DNA of 61,994 nucleotides, taken from a virus (lineage: Duplodnaviria; Caudoviricetes). The notes beneath the pieces were generated by a model. The model searched no databases. It was not told the origin of the DNA and saw only the letters and a list, made by a program, of their open reading frames with translations. The stretch spans positions 1 through 61,994 of the IMG/VR virus record IMGVR_UViG_3300012930_000013; one strand, given 5' to 3'. A program made the translations under genes and the position numbers. Numbering within the stretch: the first letter of the stretch is position 1; every line of letters begins with the position of its first letter. Shown in pieces: positions 47,254-56,515 of the stretch.

Positions 47254-48269
47254 GCTCGTCGAAGAAGGACCGGACCACGGCGCCTCGCATGGGATCGCGC
47301 CCGTCCAAGGCGAAGCACGTCGACGATCGCAACGTGGCGCCGCCGGCGGGCTACCGCGCCGCCGGCAAGCCCAAGCCGGGTGAGCACGCCATGCGCGATC
47401 AGCTCGCCCGGCGCTTGCCCCGCGTCAACGCCAACCTCTGCCAGAACCTGGACTGCGGTCACGCCCACGAGGCGCACGACCTGGACGACTCGTGCTCGGA
47501 ATGCGAGTGCCGGGTCTGGACGCCGGTGGTACCTTCAGACGTCACCGAGGGCGGCTCCGAGCTTCCTTCGTCGCCGGCAGCATCACCAGGTGCTGCCGGC
47601 ATCCTCGTCCTGGCCGACCTGGACGCACCTCCTCCGGCCGACCCGTGGTGGACGCCGGAGCGCGAGCGCGCGTTCTCCCTCACCCTCCAGGGCGCGCCTC
47701 AACACGTCGTCGCCGGCGAGCTCGGTCGCGACCGCCACACGGTCGCCCGGTGGGTGGAGGACGACCGCTTCGTGCAGCGGCTGTTCGACGAGAACGCGTC
47801 GCGGTTCAAGGCGTCGCGCCAGCGCCGAGCGGTCCAGACCGTGCGGCTCACCGACAAGGCTGAGAGCCTCGCGGTCAAGATGCTCGACAAGGCGATCAAG
47901 CTGGCCGAGAAGGGCGAGGACCAGCTCGGGGTCCGCCTCGCCGCGCGCGACTGGCTGCAGGAGTTTCGTGAGAACTCGCGGCGCGAGGACGAGATCTACG
48001 GGATCGCCGGCTCGAAGGTCGACGTCAACGTGCACGGCAACGTCCAGCACCAGCACCGCGGCAAGGTCGACGTGAGCTTCAAGGCGTTCCTGACGACGTC
48101 ACTGGAGAACGTCGGCGTCGACCTGGGCAAGGAGGAGGTCGCCGCCGACCGCGCGGACGCGGCGCTGGTCGCGGTCACCGAGCGGGCGCTGCTCGAGGGG
48201 ACCTTCCTGGACGAGCTGGTCGAGCGCGAGAAGGAGCAGAGGCTCGCGCCCATGCTCGCCGACCGCTAG
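47250..48269 (+). CDS. HTH protein, terminase small subunit candidate
   Basis: HTH VVAGELGRDRHTVARW, helical region, then KVDVNVHGNVQHQH strand typical of TerS C-termini. Confidence 0.45.
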   Translation: MSSSKKDRTTAPRMGSRPSKAKHVDDRNVAPPAGYRAAGKPKPGEHAMRDQLARRLPRVNANLCQNLDCGHAHEAHDLDDSCSECECRVWTPVVPSDVTEGGSELPSSPAASPGAAGILVLADLDAPPPADPWWTPERERAFSLTLQGAPQHVVAGELGRDRHTVARWVEDDRFVQRLFDENASRFKASRQRRAVQTVRLTDKAESLAVKMLDKAIKLAEKGEDQLGVRLAARDWLQEFRENSRREDEIYGIAGSKVDVNVHGNVQHQHRGKVDVSFKAFLTTSLENVGVDLGKEEVAADRADAALVAVTERALLEGTFLDELVEREKEQRLAPMLADR

Positions 48270-48577
48270 CGGTTGCACCAGCACTCGCAGCCGGTCACGA
48301 AGCACCTCGGCTGCAACGCGCCGGCCGCGTGCTCAGCGCTGCACGTCTTGCACTTGAGCTGTGCTTCTTCCCGCAAGCCTGCACCTCGCAGCTTCATGGC
48401 CGCCGCTCGGCAGACGTTGCAGTCCGGCTCGAGGTCGTTGTTGTCGGGTTCGAGCGTCGCCGCGCTGGAGACCAGTCGTCCACACAGCGTGCGGTGCTGG
48501 TCTACCGTCTCGTGCGAGATGCACGGCGCTGTGTCACTGCGGAACGAGCTCGTGAACACCACGTAGAAGCGGGTCAC
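48266..48577 (-). CDS. Cys-rich hypothetical protein
   Basis: TLCG...DCNVC...CKTC...CECWC. Confidence 0.4.
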   Translation of the reverse strand: MTRFYVVFTSSFRSDTAPCISHETVDQHRTLCGRLVSSAATLEPDNNDLEPDCNVCRAAAMKLRGAGLREEAQLKCKTCSAEHAAGALQPRCFVTGCECWCNR

Positions 48578-49164
48578 CGGAGCTACTCGGTAGGTGTCCG
48601 CGGCTCGGCCGCCGGTTGCCAGAGAGGGTCGAGGAGGACGCGGCACGCGTCGGCGAAGTCCACCCACTCAGGCAGATCCGGGTCGCAGGCCCCGCGCGCC
48701 CTCGCGCGGAGCAGCTTGAAGTGCCGGTGGAACCAGTCCCCGTCCCATGGCATCCCAGGACACGAGAGCCGGTACGAGACCACGGACATCCGGGCGATGC
48801 GCCCGGCGAACAGGTCGGCCGTCACCACCGCTGACCCATCGCCGCGGAGTGGCGGACCTTCGCCGAGATCCGGCACTCATCAACGACCCGCGCGACCTCC
48901 CCGTTCGCGTGGGCCGCCCACCGGGCGACCGACTTGGCTCGGTGCATCAGCTTGAGGTCGGACGCCATCTTCATGTCGACGCCGATCTTCTTCCAGTAGT
49001 TCATCGTGTTCCTTTCGCGGGGCAGAGCTTGTTGCCCGCGTTGTGCCCCAGCACCCCGCAGGCTCGGCAGGTGATCTTTGCCCGGTGAGGAGCCGGACCC
49101 TTCGGTTTGACCTCGCTGACGAGGCCGGAACTGATCTTCCACGAGGATGACGGCTTCGGGAGCG

Positions 49165-49722
49165 TCACCGCGGCCTCGGGTGCCCGCCGACCACGTGGTC
49201 GACGACCACCGTGCAGGCTCGCGTGGGCTCTTCCCAGCGCGCCGCCGGGACCTCCTGCAGGGCATTCGCGGTCCTGGCCTGCTCCGTCGCGAGCTGGCCG
49301 CGGAGCAGGTCGTTGTCCCTCGCGAGCTGACCCGCGTCGTACTTCGCGACGTCGAGCTCGCCTCGGAGGCTCTTGACCTCGTGGTCAGCCGCGTCGAGCA
49401 GCGTGAGCACCGTGAGCAGCTGGGAGCAGAGCGCGGAGACGTCGGCCTGGTGGTAGAGGTGCGTCGCCGCCGCCATCCGGTCGAGCCCGTCGCACAGGCG
49501 CGCCACCAGGCGACCGCCGCGGGACTCGTCGCCGCGCAGGAGCTCCGTGCCTCGGCGCGCGAGCACGCGCAGCCGGCGCACGTCGTCGCGGTCGACGGCG
49601 GTGATCCGCCTCGCCTCCTGGTCAGCCTGGGCGACGAGCGCGGCTGACCGGCGGAGGCGGCCCCGCGGGGTCTCGGCCGGCACGCGGGTCGCGAATAGGT
49701 CGGTTCGGGTGTGTACTGACAT
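49165..49722 (-). CDS. Hypothetical coiled-coil protein
   Basis: ORF from ATG 49722; AAGGA upstream. Confidence 0.45.
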   Translation of the reverse strand: MSVHTRTDLFATRVPAETPRGRLRRSAALVAQADQEARRITAVDRDDVRRLRVLARRGTELLRGDESRGGRLVARLCDGLDRMAAATHLYHQADVSALCSQLLTVLTLLDAADHEVKSLRGELDVAKYDAGQLARDNDLLRGQLATEQARTANALQEVPAARWEEPTRACTVVVDHVVGGHPRPR

Positions 49723-49736
49723 CTGGTCTTGGTCCT

Positions 49737-50807
49737 TTACTTCTGTCTGTCTGCTTGCAACCGGAGCGCATCGTCGATGCGCCGGTCTAATATGATGTCC
49801 CCAGTGCCACGGTCCAGGACAGCGTGGTCTACGAAGAGGTACGTCGAGGCGACGTTCAGTGACCTGCGGACACCGAGCACGTTTCTCGGGAACGGCACGC
49901 CCAGCCGCTGTCGCCACCCTCTCACCAGCTCCCGCATCTCTAGCTCATGTGCGGCAGAGGTCCCGCACACGATCATTGTAGGTAGGTTGTCCCTGAGACA
50001 CTCGGCGAACGCGCGCACGAGGCCGCGCCACGTTCTTCCGGTTCTGCGACCGACTCCAGAATCCCATGGGTATGGTCCAGCCATGTACCTATTATTCTGG
50101 TCCGCGGCGAACACGTCGAAGTCCACCAGGTCGAGCTGGTCGCGGATCTCGTCAGCTAGCGCGTCGATCTCGGCACGTCTGCGGTCATTGCGGGTGAACC
50201 GCGGGCGGGTTGTGCGGGACACGTCGAAGACCCGGACACCGGGTACCTCCACTTCTGGTTTCGCGGTTATGGGCAGCTTCGGCGGCGGGAACATCGTGTG
50301 GAGCGTGAGCTGGCGGCACACCACGCAGTGCAGGTTGAGCTCTGACAAGCTCATCGTGACCAGCTCCCGTCGACCGCACCTGCCGCACCTGTACTCCGCG
50401 CACCTCGTCGACGGGGAGATCTTGTAGGTCGGTCCCGGCGGAGGGCACCCGAGGCACACAGCGATGGTTGCAACGGGCTCGAGGGCGCGGCGCAGCGCGA
50501 ACGCTCCCCCCTCGCATCTCGGGCACATAGGATAATCGGTCTGATCGCGCAGCACGGTTTCAGTCGGGGGAAGAGTTGAGCTCAACTCTTCGTCCACCAC
50601 GATCTGGGCGCTCGGCACCGGCGGAGGTTCGGACGTGGTGAGCAGGTCGATGAGGGAGAAGGCGACCCCTCCGGTGAGCTTCGTAGGGATCTGCTCCAGG
50701 TATGCGCGGGCCTCGACCAGCAGAGGCTCGGACCTGGTCGGCATCTCGGGCGGAGAGTTGAGCTCCTCCGCGATCATCGTGAACCTGAGGTCCTTGTCGT
50801 CCGGCAT
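49737..50807 (-). CDS. Hypothetical protein with several CxxC pairs
   Basis: CPRC, CLGC, CGRC, CVVC; downstream of an operator/promoter. Confidence 0.5.
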   Translation of the reverse strand: MPDDKDLRFTMIAEELNSPPEMPTRSEPLLVEARAYLEQIPTKLTGGVAFSLIDLLTTSEPPPVPSAQIVVDEELSSTLPPTETVLRDQTDYPMCPRCEGGAFALRRALEPVATIAVCLGCPPPGPTYKISPSTRCAEYRCGRCGRRELVTMSLSELNLHCVVCRQLTLHTMFPPPKLPITAKPEVEVPGVRVFDVSRTTRPRFTRNDRRRAEIDALADEIRDQLDLVDFDVFAADQNNRYMAGPYPWDSGVGRRTGRTWRGLVRAFAECLRDNLPTMIVCGTSAAHELEMRELVRGWRQRLGVPFPRNVLGVRRSLNVASTYLFVDHAVLDRGTGDIILDRRIDDALRLQADRQK

Positions 50808-50829
50808 CTTGAGGTCATCTTGCCGGTTC

Positions 50830-50848
50830 ACGTTGACGTTGTCAACGT
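50830..50848 (-). promoter_or_regulatory. Operator ACGTTGAC-GTT-GTCAACGT; TTGACA -35 on the - strand
   Basis: 8-bp-arm palindrome; intergenic copy of the recurring motif. Confidence 0.65.
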
Positions 50849-50858
50849 TAATTGTCGG

Positions 50859-51608
50859 TCACGCGGCCGCGTCGAGCACAGCCTGGCGCAGTATCCTGAC
50901 GATCGCCTTCGCCTCCTCGATGCTGATCTCGCGGGCGATGCAGACGCTCGTCGTCGCACCGGCGACGAACCCGAGCTCGAACTCGAACTTGATGGTCACG
51001 GTCTCGTCATCCTCGTCGCCGGTGATCGTGAACCCACGCACGCTGTCAACGTCGCTCTCGGACGTGGCGACGCTGGCACCCATCAGCTTCCTGCCGACCT
51101 GGCTCTCGATGACCTGCGCTGGACGGCGGAGGTTGCGGGTGACCGCGGACGCGCTGGGCATCACCTTCGGCGCGGCCGGGTCCGACTTCTTCGTCCCACC
51201 TCCGTCCTCCGCCTTCTTGATCGCGTCCACGACGTCATCCTCATCCGGGAGCTCCAGCATCCGGGCAGGCTCCTCCTTCTGCCGGCGGCCCCGGAGCTCG
51301 TACCGGACGTCGGCGAAGCGGGTCTGCGCGACCTGGTCGTCGGGGTCCACGTCGAGCCGCTCGGACATCTGGCGCAGCTGGGCCTCCAGCTCCGTGGTGG
51401 TCATCTTCTTGAGAGTAACCGCCTGGGTCGGAGTCACCGCCGGTCCGGGACGGAGCGTGAACTCCTCGCCGCGACGCTTCAGCTCGCCCTTGAGCGCGTT
51501 CACGCGGTCGGTCTGCTCCCAGGGCACCCCGTCGGGCCAGGTCAGGAAGATGGTCTGCAGGTCGTTCTTGAGGTCGTCGACTGACATCAGCTTCACGGAC
51601 ATGTTCAC
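50859..51608 (-). CDS. Hypothetical protein
   Basis: Long ORF with genome-typical codons. Confidence 0.55.
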   Translation of the reverse strand: MNMSVKLMSVDDLKNDLQTIFLTWPDGVPWEQTDRVNALKGELKRRGEEFTLRPGPAVTPTQAVTLKKMTTTELEAQLRQMSERLDVDPDDQVAQTRFADVRYELRGRRQKEEPARMLELPDEDDVVDAIKKAEDGGGTKKSDPAAPKVMPSASAVTRNLRRPAQVIESQVGRKLMGASVATSESDVDSVRGFTITGDEDDETVTIKFEFELGFVAGATTSVCIAREISIEEAKAIVRILRQAVLDAAA

Positions 51609-51638
51609 TCGCTTCTTCTGGTAGCTTTTTGTGAGATG

Positions 51639-52130
51639 TTACTTGCTGGCTTCGATGAGGGCGAAGATCATCCAGTCCTCGACGAACGCATTGTCTGGCT
51701 TCGTGTTTTTGATCATGTTGAGGAGAAGCTCACGCGCCTCGTCCCAGGACAACGGTTTGTGGACTCGTGCCGCCGCGATCGCCGCGGAGAACGCAACCTT
51801 GTAATGCTTGCAGGTCAGCGCCAGGCGCTCCTCGGCCTGGTGCTGCGCGAACAGCGCCGCGCCGAGCTCGAGCGTGAGCTTGGCCTGCTCCGCCTCCATG
51901 GCGGTGATCTTCAGGACCAGGTTCGTGTCGAGCTCGTTCGCGCGGACGAGTGCGGCGGCCCGGCGCTCGTCGTCGGTCATCTGGCGCGGCTGCTCATCCC
52001 CGATAGACCGGCGCAGCTTCAGCTCCTCGCTGATCTGGTGGAACAGCACCTTGTCGCTCTCGATCTGCTCGGACTTGTCGCGGAGGTTGCGCTCCAGTGC
52101 CTCGGTGCTCATGTTTTTGGTGTCGATCAT
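51639..52130 (-). CDS. Hypothetical coiled-coil protein
   Basis: Helical ORF preceded by an A-rich leader. Confidence 0.5.
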   Translation of the reverse strand: MIDTKNMSTEALERNLRDKSEQIESDKVLFHQISEELKLRRSIGDEQPRQMTDDERRAAALVRANELDTNLVLKITAMEAEQAKLTLELGAALFAQHQAEERLALTCKHYKVAFSAAIAAARVHKPLSWDEARELLLNMIKNTKPDNAFVEDWMIFALIEASK

Positions 52131-52160
52131 TTTTCTTGCTTTCTTGGCAGAGTTTCTTAG

Positions 52161-52382
52161 CTACAGAGCTTCTACGTTGATTGTAATCAACCCACATGAG
52201 GTGGCGACGCTAAAGCTAGTAGCTTTGGTGTCGACCGGAATGCCGAATCTCATGGCAAGTTCAGCGGTGATGGTGATGCTCTTGATCCCGAATTTAAGAG
52301 TTAGTTCACCAACACAGTTTGCCAGGTCGTTGAGTTGTTCACCGAACTTGTTGAAGTTGTCGGTCAACATTAGTTCCCTCAT
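52161..52382 (-). CDS. Hypothetical protein (low GC)
   Basis: GGAGG RBS just after the terminase stop. Confidence 0.4.
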   Translation of the reverse strand: MRELMLTDNFNKFGEQLNDLANCVGELTLKFGIKSITITAELAMRFGIPVDTKATSFSVATSCGLITINVEAL

Positions 52383-52391
52383 GATGCCTCC

Positions 52392-54146
52392 CTACTCGAA
52401 GCTGAACCCGAACCTTGACGACTTGGAGAGCTTCTCTAGGCCGAGGAGGGCCGACGCGAGCGCGTGTGCCAGGTGGTCGTCGCCGCTCGACTTGACCGTC
52501 TCGACGATCTCCTTGGTCTCCTCGTCGATCTCCTTGAATGGGGCGAGCGCCTTCAGGTGCTTGGTCAGGAGCTGCATCTCCGGGAGCTCCAGGTTCGGCA
52601 GCCCGAACTCGCGCTCCCGGATCGCCCGGCACACGTTCTTGAGCGTGAGCGTGCGGTCTACGGTTACTCGCGCGCGCTCCGGGTCGCTCCACTCCGGGAC
52701 GAACGTCTTGCCGTGCTTGGCGCTCGAGTTGTACCACTGCGCCCAGAACTTGCCCTCGTCGCCGTTCGGCGACAGCCTGCGCAGCAGGAGGGAGTTGCGG
52801 TCCTTACCGTACCCGGCGTCGGCGATGGTGATGTCGGGGTTGAATGCAGAGAGGTACTTGTAGACGAGCTCTGCGCTCTCCATCTCTCGGTCGGTGTCTT
52901 CGACGATTCCGATCCCGATGAGGTACGGGCGCTGGTTGACAGAGTTGCGCCCAACGACAACCACCCAATTGAACTGGCCCCAATCTACGCCGACTGCCAC
53001 TTGTGTCCATCCTCGCGTGCGCGCCGTCTTCAGCTCGTGCCCGGAGCACGCGCGTACGAAGTCAGCGTCGCTGAGCATCTCGAGCTCACCCGCCGCTGGG
53101 ATGCCGATTACATAGCAAAGCCAAATTTCTTTGAAGCGAAGATCGATCTTGTCTTGCATCACCTGCGTCGCGCTGATCCACGGCGCGATCAGCTGAGGCA
53201 GGTGGTACCCGCGGATGAGCTTCCGGTCCGGGTACCGCGCGACCCACTGGCCGGTGAACACGCGGTCGAGCTTGCCGCGGCACGTCCGCTTCCTGCACAG
53301 GTACTCGTAGCTCTCCGGCGGCAGCTCGCGCGCGCCGAGCGGGATGTCCTTGACCTGGATGATGTTGTCCGTGTGCGAGATCTCCTGCCACTCGCTGCAC
53401 CGTTGGCACCGCACCATCCACAGCCGCTGGTCGGACGCGCGGAACGGGATGTCGATCCCCTGGTTCGGTAGGGTCGGCGTGGAGATCTCGCGGAACAGCC
53501 GCCACTTCGAGCTCTTGAGGGACTCCTTGAACGCGAACTCGACCTTGTCGCGCATCCGGTCCTTCTCGTCGAGGACGACGACGTCCGCGTCGATGCCCTC
53601 GCCGAGGTTGCTCTCCCAAGCGGACCGGAACAACCAGTAGCTGTCGCCGACCCGCCGGGTGAACACCTGGTTCGGCGTGCCGGCGAGCGCGGCCATGCGC
53701 GGCGACTCCGCGAAGGAGGCCGCGACGCGCGTGTTGCTGAAGTCGATGAGCTGCTTGTCACGTGGGAACGTGGTCACGGCCTTCGTTCCCGGGTGCGTGG
53801 CCAGGAAGTGCCACACCTCGGCCGCCATGACCTCCGTACCTCCTGTCTGCCGGCCCTTCTCGTAGACCTTGTGGCGGTGCTGGTCGCGCAGAGGTTCGCG
53901 CAGGAACGGGCGGTGATGGAGCAACCGGCTGTACAGCTCGTTCTCGTAGTCGCTCTGGATGAGCGTCTGCCTGACCTTGCCGAGTGACTCCTCCGACAGC
54001 TTGCGCGAGTTGTCGAAGACGAGTGGCTCGCCCTTGACTCGCCGGTTGAGCATGCACCACACGACTGGGTCGCGCTCAGCCATGGCCTCCAGGCCGGACA
54101 TCGCGTCGGTGTCCGGGGGCAACTCGATGAGATCGGAGACCTTCAT
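52392..54146 (-). CDS. terL: Terminase large subunit (GpA-like)
   Basis: KGRQTGGTE Walker A, VVVLDEKD Walker B, ISTPT, CQRC..C zinc ribbon, RGYHLPQL, VGVDWG, GDDHLAHA nuclease motif. Confidence 0.9.
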   Translation of the reverse strand: MKVSDLIELPPDTDAMSGLEAMAERDPVVWCMLNRRVKGEPLVFDNSRKLSEESLGKVRQTLIQSDYENELYSRLLHHRPFLREPLRDQHRHKVYEKGRQTGGTEVMAAEVWHFLATHPGTKAVTTFPRDKQLIDFSNTRVAASFAESPRMAALAGTPNQVFTRRVGDSYWLFRSAWESNLGEGIDADVVVLDEKDRMRDKVEFAFKESLKSSKWRLFREISTPTLPNQGIDIPFRASDQRLWMVRCQRCSEWQEISHTDNIIQVKDIPLGARELPPESYEYLCRKRTCRGKLDRVFTGQWVARYPDRKLIRGYHLPQLIAPWISATQVMQDKIDLRFKEIWLCYVIGIPAAGELEMLSDADFVRACSGHELKTARTRGWTQVAVGVDWGQFNWVVVVGRNSVNQRPYLIGIGIVEDTDREMESAELVYKYLSAFNPDITIADAGYGKDRNSLLLRRLSPNGDEGKFWAQWYNSSAKHGKTFVPEWSDPERARVTVDRTLTLKNVCRAIREREFGLPNLELPEMQLLTKHLKALAPFKEIDEETKEIVETVKSSGDDHLAHALASALLGLEKLSKSSRFGFSFE

Positions 54147-54171
54147 TCCCTTCGAGGCTACAGGAAAACGC

Positions 54172-54501
54172 TCACAGGTTCTTGAGGATCTCCGGCGCGA
54201 GGCCGACGAGCCACTCGTACTCCTCGAGCGTGAGCAGCATCCTCGTGACCTGCTTGCGGTGGCGAGCGTCGACGCTGCCGACGCGCTCCGGCAGCGTGAC
54301 CTCGTCGACGACGTTGACGAGGCCGCTGTCGTCCACCTCGACCCTGAGCCGGCGACCCGGCTCCTCGTCCTGGTCCTCCTTGGGGCGGACGGCGACGAAG
54401 GTCCCGTCGTCGGTCCGCGCGCTCACCATCGGGTCGGTGCCGTCGCGGTCGTACTCATCGGTGCTGATCAGCTCCACGTCTTCTGGATCGTTCCCCATCA
54501 T
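54172..54501 (-). CDS. Hypothetical protein
   Basis: GGAGG RBS; acidic ORF. Confidence 0.45.
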   Translation of the reverse strand: MMGNDPEDVELISTDEYDRDGTDPMVSARTDDGTFVAVRPKEDQDEEPGRRLRVEVDDSGLVNVVDEVTLPERVGSVDARHRKQVTRMLLTLEEYEWLVGLAPEILKNL

Positions 54502-54827
54502 CTCCCTCCGGTCGGTGTGGTGTGTTCGTCGACGAAGTCGCAGCTCTCGGCGGCGGCGAGCACCGCCGCCACCTCGACCGGCATCAGCTGCATGGTGGTC
54601 CTGATGTGCGGGTCCCTGGCGCAGTCCAGTGATGTCACGATCGGCTGCGCCACCGTCAGCTCGGACGTCGTCGGCTCTGCCTCGTCGTCGTACCCACGGT
54701 ACAGCCGGGAGAGGTTGGGGAGCCCGCTGAACTCTGAGACGTCGACCCCGACCTCACCGGGTCTCATGGGAGGGTCGACCTCGACGTCGACCACGACGCC
54801 ACCGCACAAGATCCTCCGGTACTTCAC
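54498..54827 (-). CDS. Hypothetical protein
   Basis: GTGA-coupled ORF. Confidence 0.4.
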   Translation of the reverse strand: MKYRRILCGGVVVDVEVDPPMRPGEVGVDVSEFSGLPNLSRLYRGYDDEAEPTTSELTVAQPIVTSLDCARDPHIRTTMQLMPVEVAAVLAAAESCDFVDEHTTPTGGR

Positions 54828-55005
54828 GGCGCGCGGCCGGCGTACTGGCCGTGGATCGCCAGGAGGAACGCGCAGTCCGTCAGGGTGCGCCGTCTGAGCT
54901 CGGCGTTCTCCACCGCGAGCCTGGTGAGGAGCTCTCGGAGCCGCGTCGACTCGGCGAGCTCGTCGCCGTACATCCACTGGTAGTGCTCTGCGAGGTCCAG
55001 TGTCA

Positions 55006-55350
55006 TCAGAGTTTCCGTGGGTTGGTGACCCTGTCGATGAGCCGCCGGATGCGGGCTGTCTGCTCGGTCATCCTCGGCACGTCGAGCTCATAGAAGCGAG
55101 CCTCGGCATCCCTGCCGCCGGGGATCTTGGTCACCTGGACCAGGGCCGTAGATAGCGCGAATAACAGCTCGTCGAGCTCCTCCGGCGTGTAGCCGCGGGG
55201 CGGCGCGGCGGCGTCCTGGTCGTCGGCGTTGACCACGATCCGGAACGCCCTGGCAACCTGTCCATCGAGCTCGGTCCTCGGGTCTCCGCGGACCGCGCGG
55301 CACTCGTCGCACCCGCACGACGGGGAGCAGGACCGGGTCAGGGTCGTCAC
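55006..55350 (-). CDS. Hypothetical protein
   Basis: GTGA-coupled ORF with CSPSCGCDEC. Confidence 0.4.
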   Translation of the reverse strand: MTTLTRSCSPSCGCDECRAVRGDPRTELDGQVARAFRIVVNADDQDAAAPPRGYTPEELDELLFALSTALVQVTKIPGGRDAEARFYELDVPRMTEQTARIRRLIDRVTNPRKL

Positions 55351-55577
55351 CTCGTCGCCCGCTTGAGCTCGTCGTTGATGACCTTCCGGATCCAGGAGCT
55401 CACGTTCGGGAACCCGAGCGCCTGAGAGCGCTCCACCCAGGAGTCGAGGTCCCTGGACGAGCACCGGAGCTGGTGCCTCTTGTCAAGGTCCGGCGACAAG
55501 ACGCGCGGTCTTCCGGGAGCCTTGCCGCCGTCCGCCTCGTCGACGGTTGGTCTGCGTTTCTTCTGTGCCATGGACAT
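55347..55577 (-). CDS. Ribbon-helix-helix DNA-binding protein with GRPR motif
   Basis: PGRPR followed by HQLRCSSRDLDSW...GFPNVSSWIRKVI (beta-alpha-alpha pattern). Confidence 0.6.
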   Translation of the reverse strand: MSMAQKKRRPTVDEADGGKAPGRPRVLSPDLDKRHQLRCSSRDLDSWVERSQALGFPNVSSWIRKVINDELKRATR

Positions 55578-55591
55578 ACCTATCATTTCCT

Positions 55592-55606
55592 GTTGACGAC
55601 GTCAAC
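55592..55606 (-). promoter_or_regulatory. Operator GTTGACGACGTCAAC immediately upstream of the RHH gene
   Basis: Perfect 6-3-6 palindrome; intergenic. Confidence 0.65.
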
Positions 55607-55634
55607 TCCTACCCGTTTTCAGGGCGACCTCCTC

Positions 55635-56054
55635 CTACTCGGCGGTCGTGGTGTACGTCGAGCCTCGCATGAAGACGTCCTTCAGCTGGTTGCTGACGAT
55701 GACCAGGTCGGCCACGCGGCGAGGTCCGACGATGGTGCTCTGCACGTCGACGTCGTCGTGTCGGACTCCGCGTCCACACGGCCTGAGCCCAGCGCACTCG
55801 GCGTACGCGATCGACGTGTCCAGCGGGTCGCTCGTGCGGACGCAGAACAGCACCTGCGTGCTCGGGTCGTTGCACCGGAAGTCGACGCTGGCGCCGAGTA
55901 GCCGGGTCCCGGAGTCGGCGACGACCGGGGCGACCAGCTGCCCGTCCAGCTCGTGGAACGCCGACGGGCCGCCGACGGTCTCGACGTCCTGTTCTGTCGT
56001 GGAGTCGCCGCACGCGGTGACGGCGATGCACAAGGTGATCATGATCTTGTTCAT
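55635..56054 (-). CDS. Putative lipoprotein
   Basis: MNKIMITLCIAVTAC lipobox-like signal; GAGGAG RBS. Confidence 0.55.
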   Translation of the reverse strand: MNKIMITLCIAVTACGDSTTEQDVETVGGPSAFHELDGQLVAPVVADSGTRLLGASVDFRCNDPSTQVLFCVRTSDPLDTSIAYAECAGLRPCGRGVRHDDVDVQSTIVGPRRVADLVIVSNQLKDVFMRGSTYTTTAE

Positions 56055-56515
56055 GACTCTCGGCTCCTCTTGATGGCGGCGCGGACGCGCTCGCGCTCGA
56101 CGTCCTCGCACGCCACGACGGCGTCCATCAGCTTCTTGTCGACGTTGCCCGTGATCGCCAGCTCGACGAGCCGGTTGAGCTCCCTCGGCGGGAGCGCGTC
56201 CAGCTCCCAGCTCTGGTCGCCGTACTTGGCGATGTAAGCCCGCGCTCTCGAGTCGGTGACCTTGGCTGGGTTCGGCGGCGGCTTGAACTTCTTGATCTGG
56301 GTCATGAGCCCGGCGTACCGCGCGTCGGTGAGCACGCTCGTGAGGTTCTGGTAGCTGCGCGGCGTGTTCGGAATCAGGTCGCGCGCTACGAACTGGTAGT
56401 AGACCTGCCGGGCGGTGAGCTTCTGACCGCCGTACTCGGAGATGATCTCGTCCGCCTTGCTGATGGTCGACATGGTCTCGGATCGGAAGTTGGTGATGCG
56501 GAACTGCTGCTTCAT
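56051..56515 (-). CDS. Topoisomerase VI-A/Spo11-like phage protein apparently lacking its TOPRIM middle
   Basis: LTARQVYYQFV...ARYAGLM joined directly to PPNPAK.TDSR...WELDAL; no VEK or GDxDPxG motif. Confidence 0.55.
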   Translation of the reverse strand: MKQQFRITNFRSETMSTISKADEIISEYGGQKLTARQVYYQFVARDLIPNTPRSYQNLTSVLTDARYAGLMTQIKKFKPPPNPAKVTDSRARAYIAKYGDQSWELDALPPRELNRLVELAITGNVDKKLMDAVVACEDVERERVRAAIKRSRES

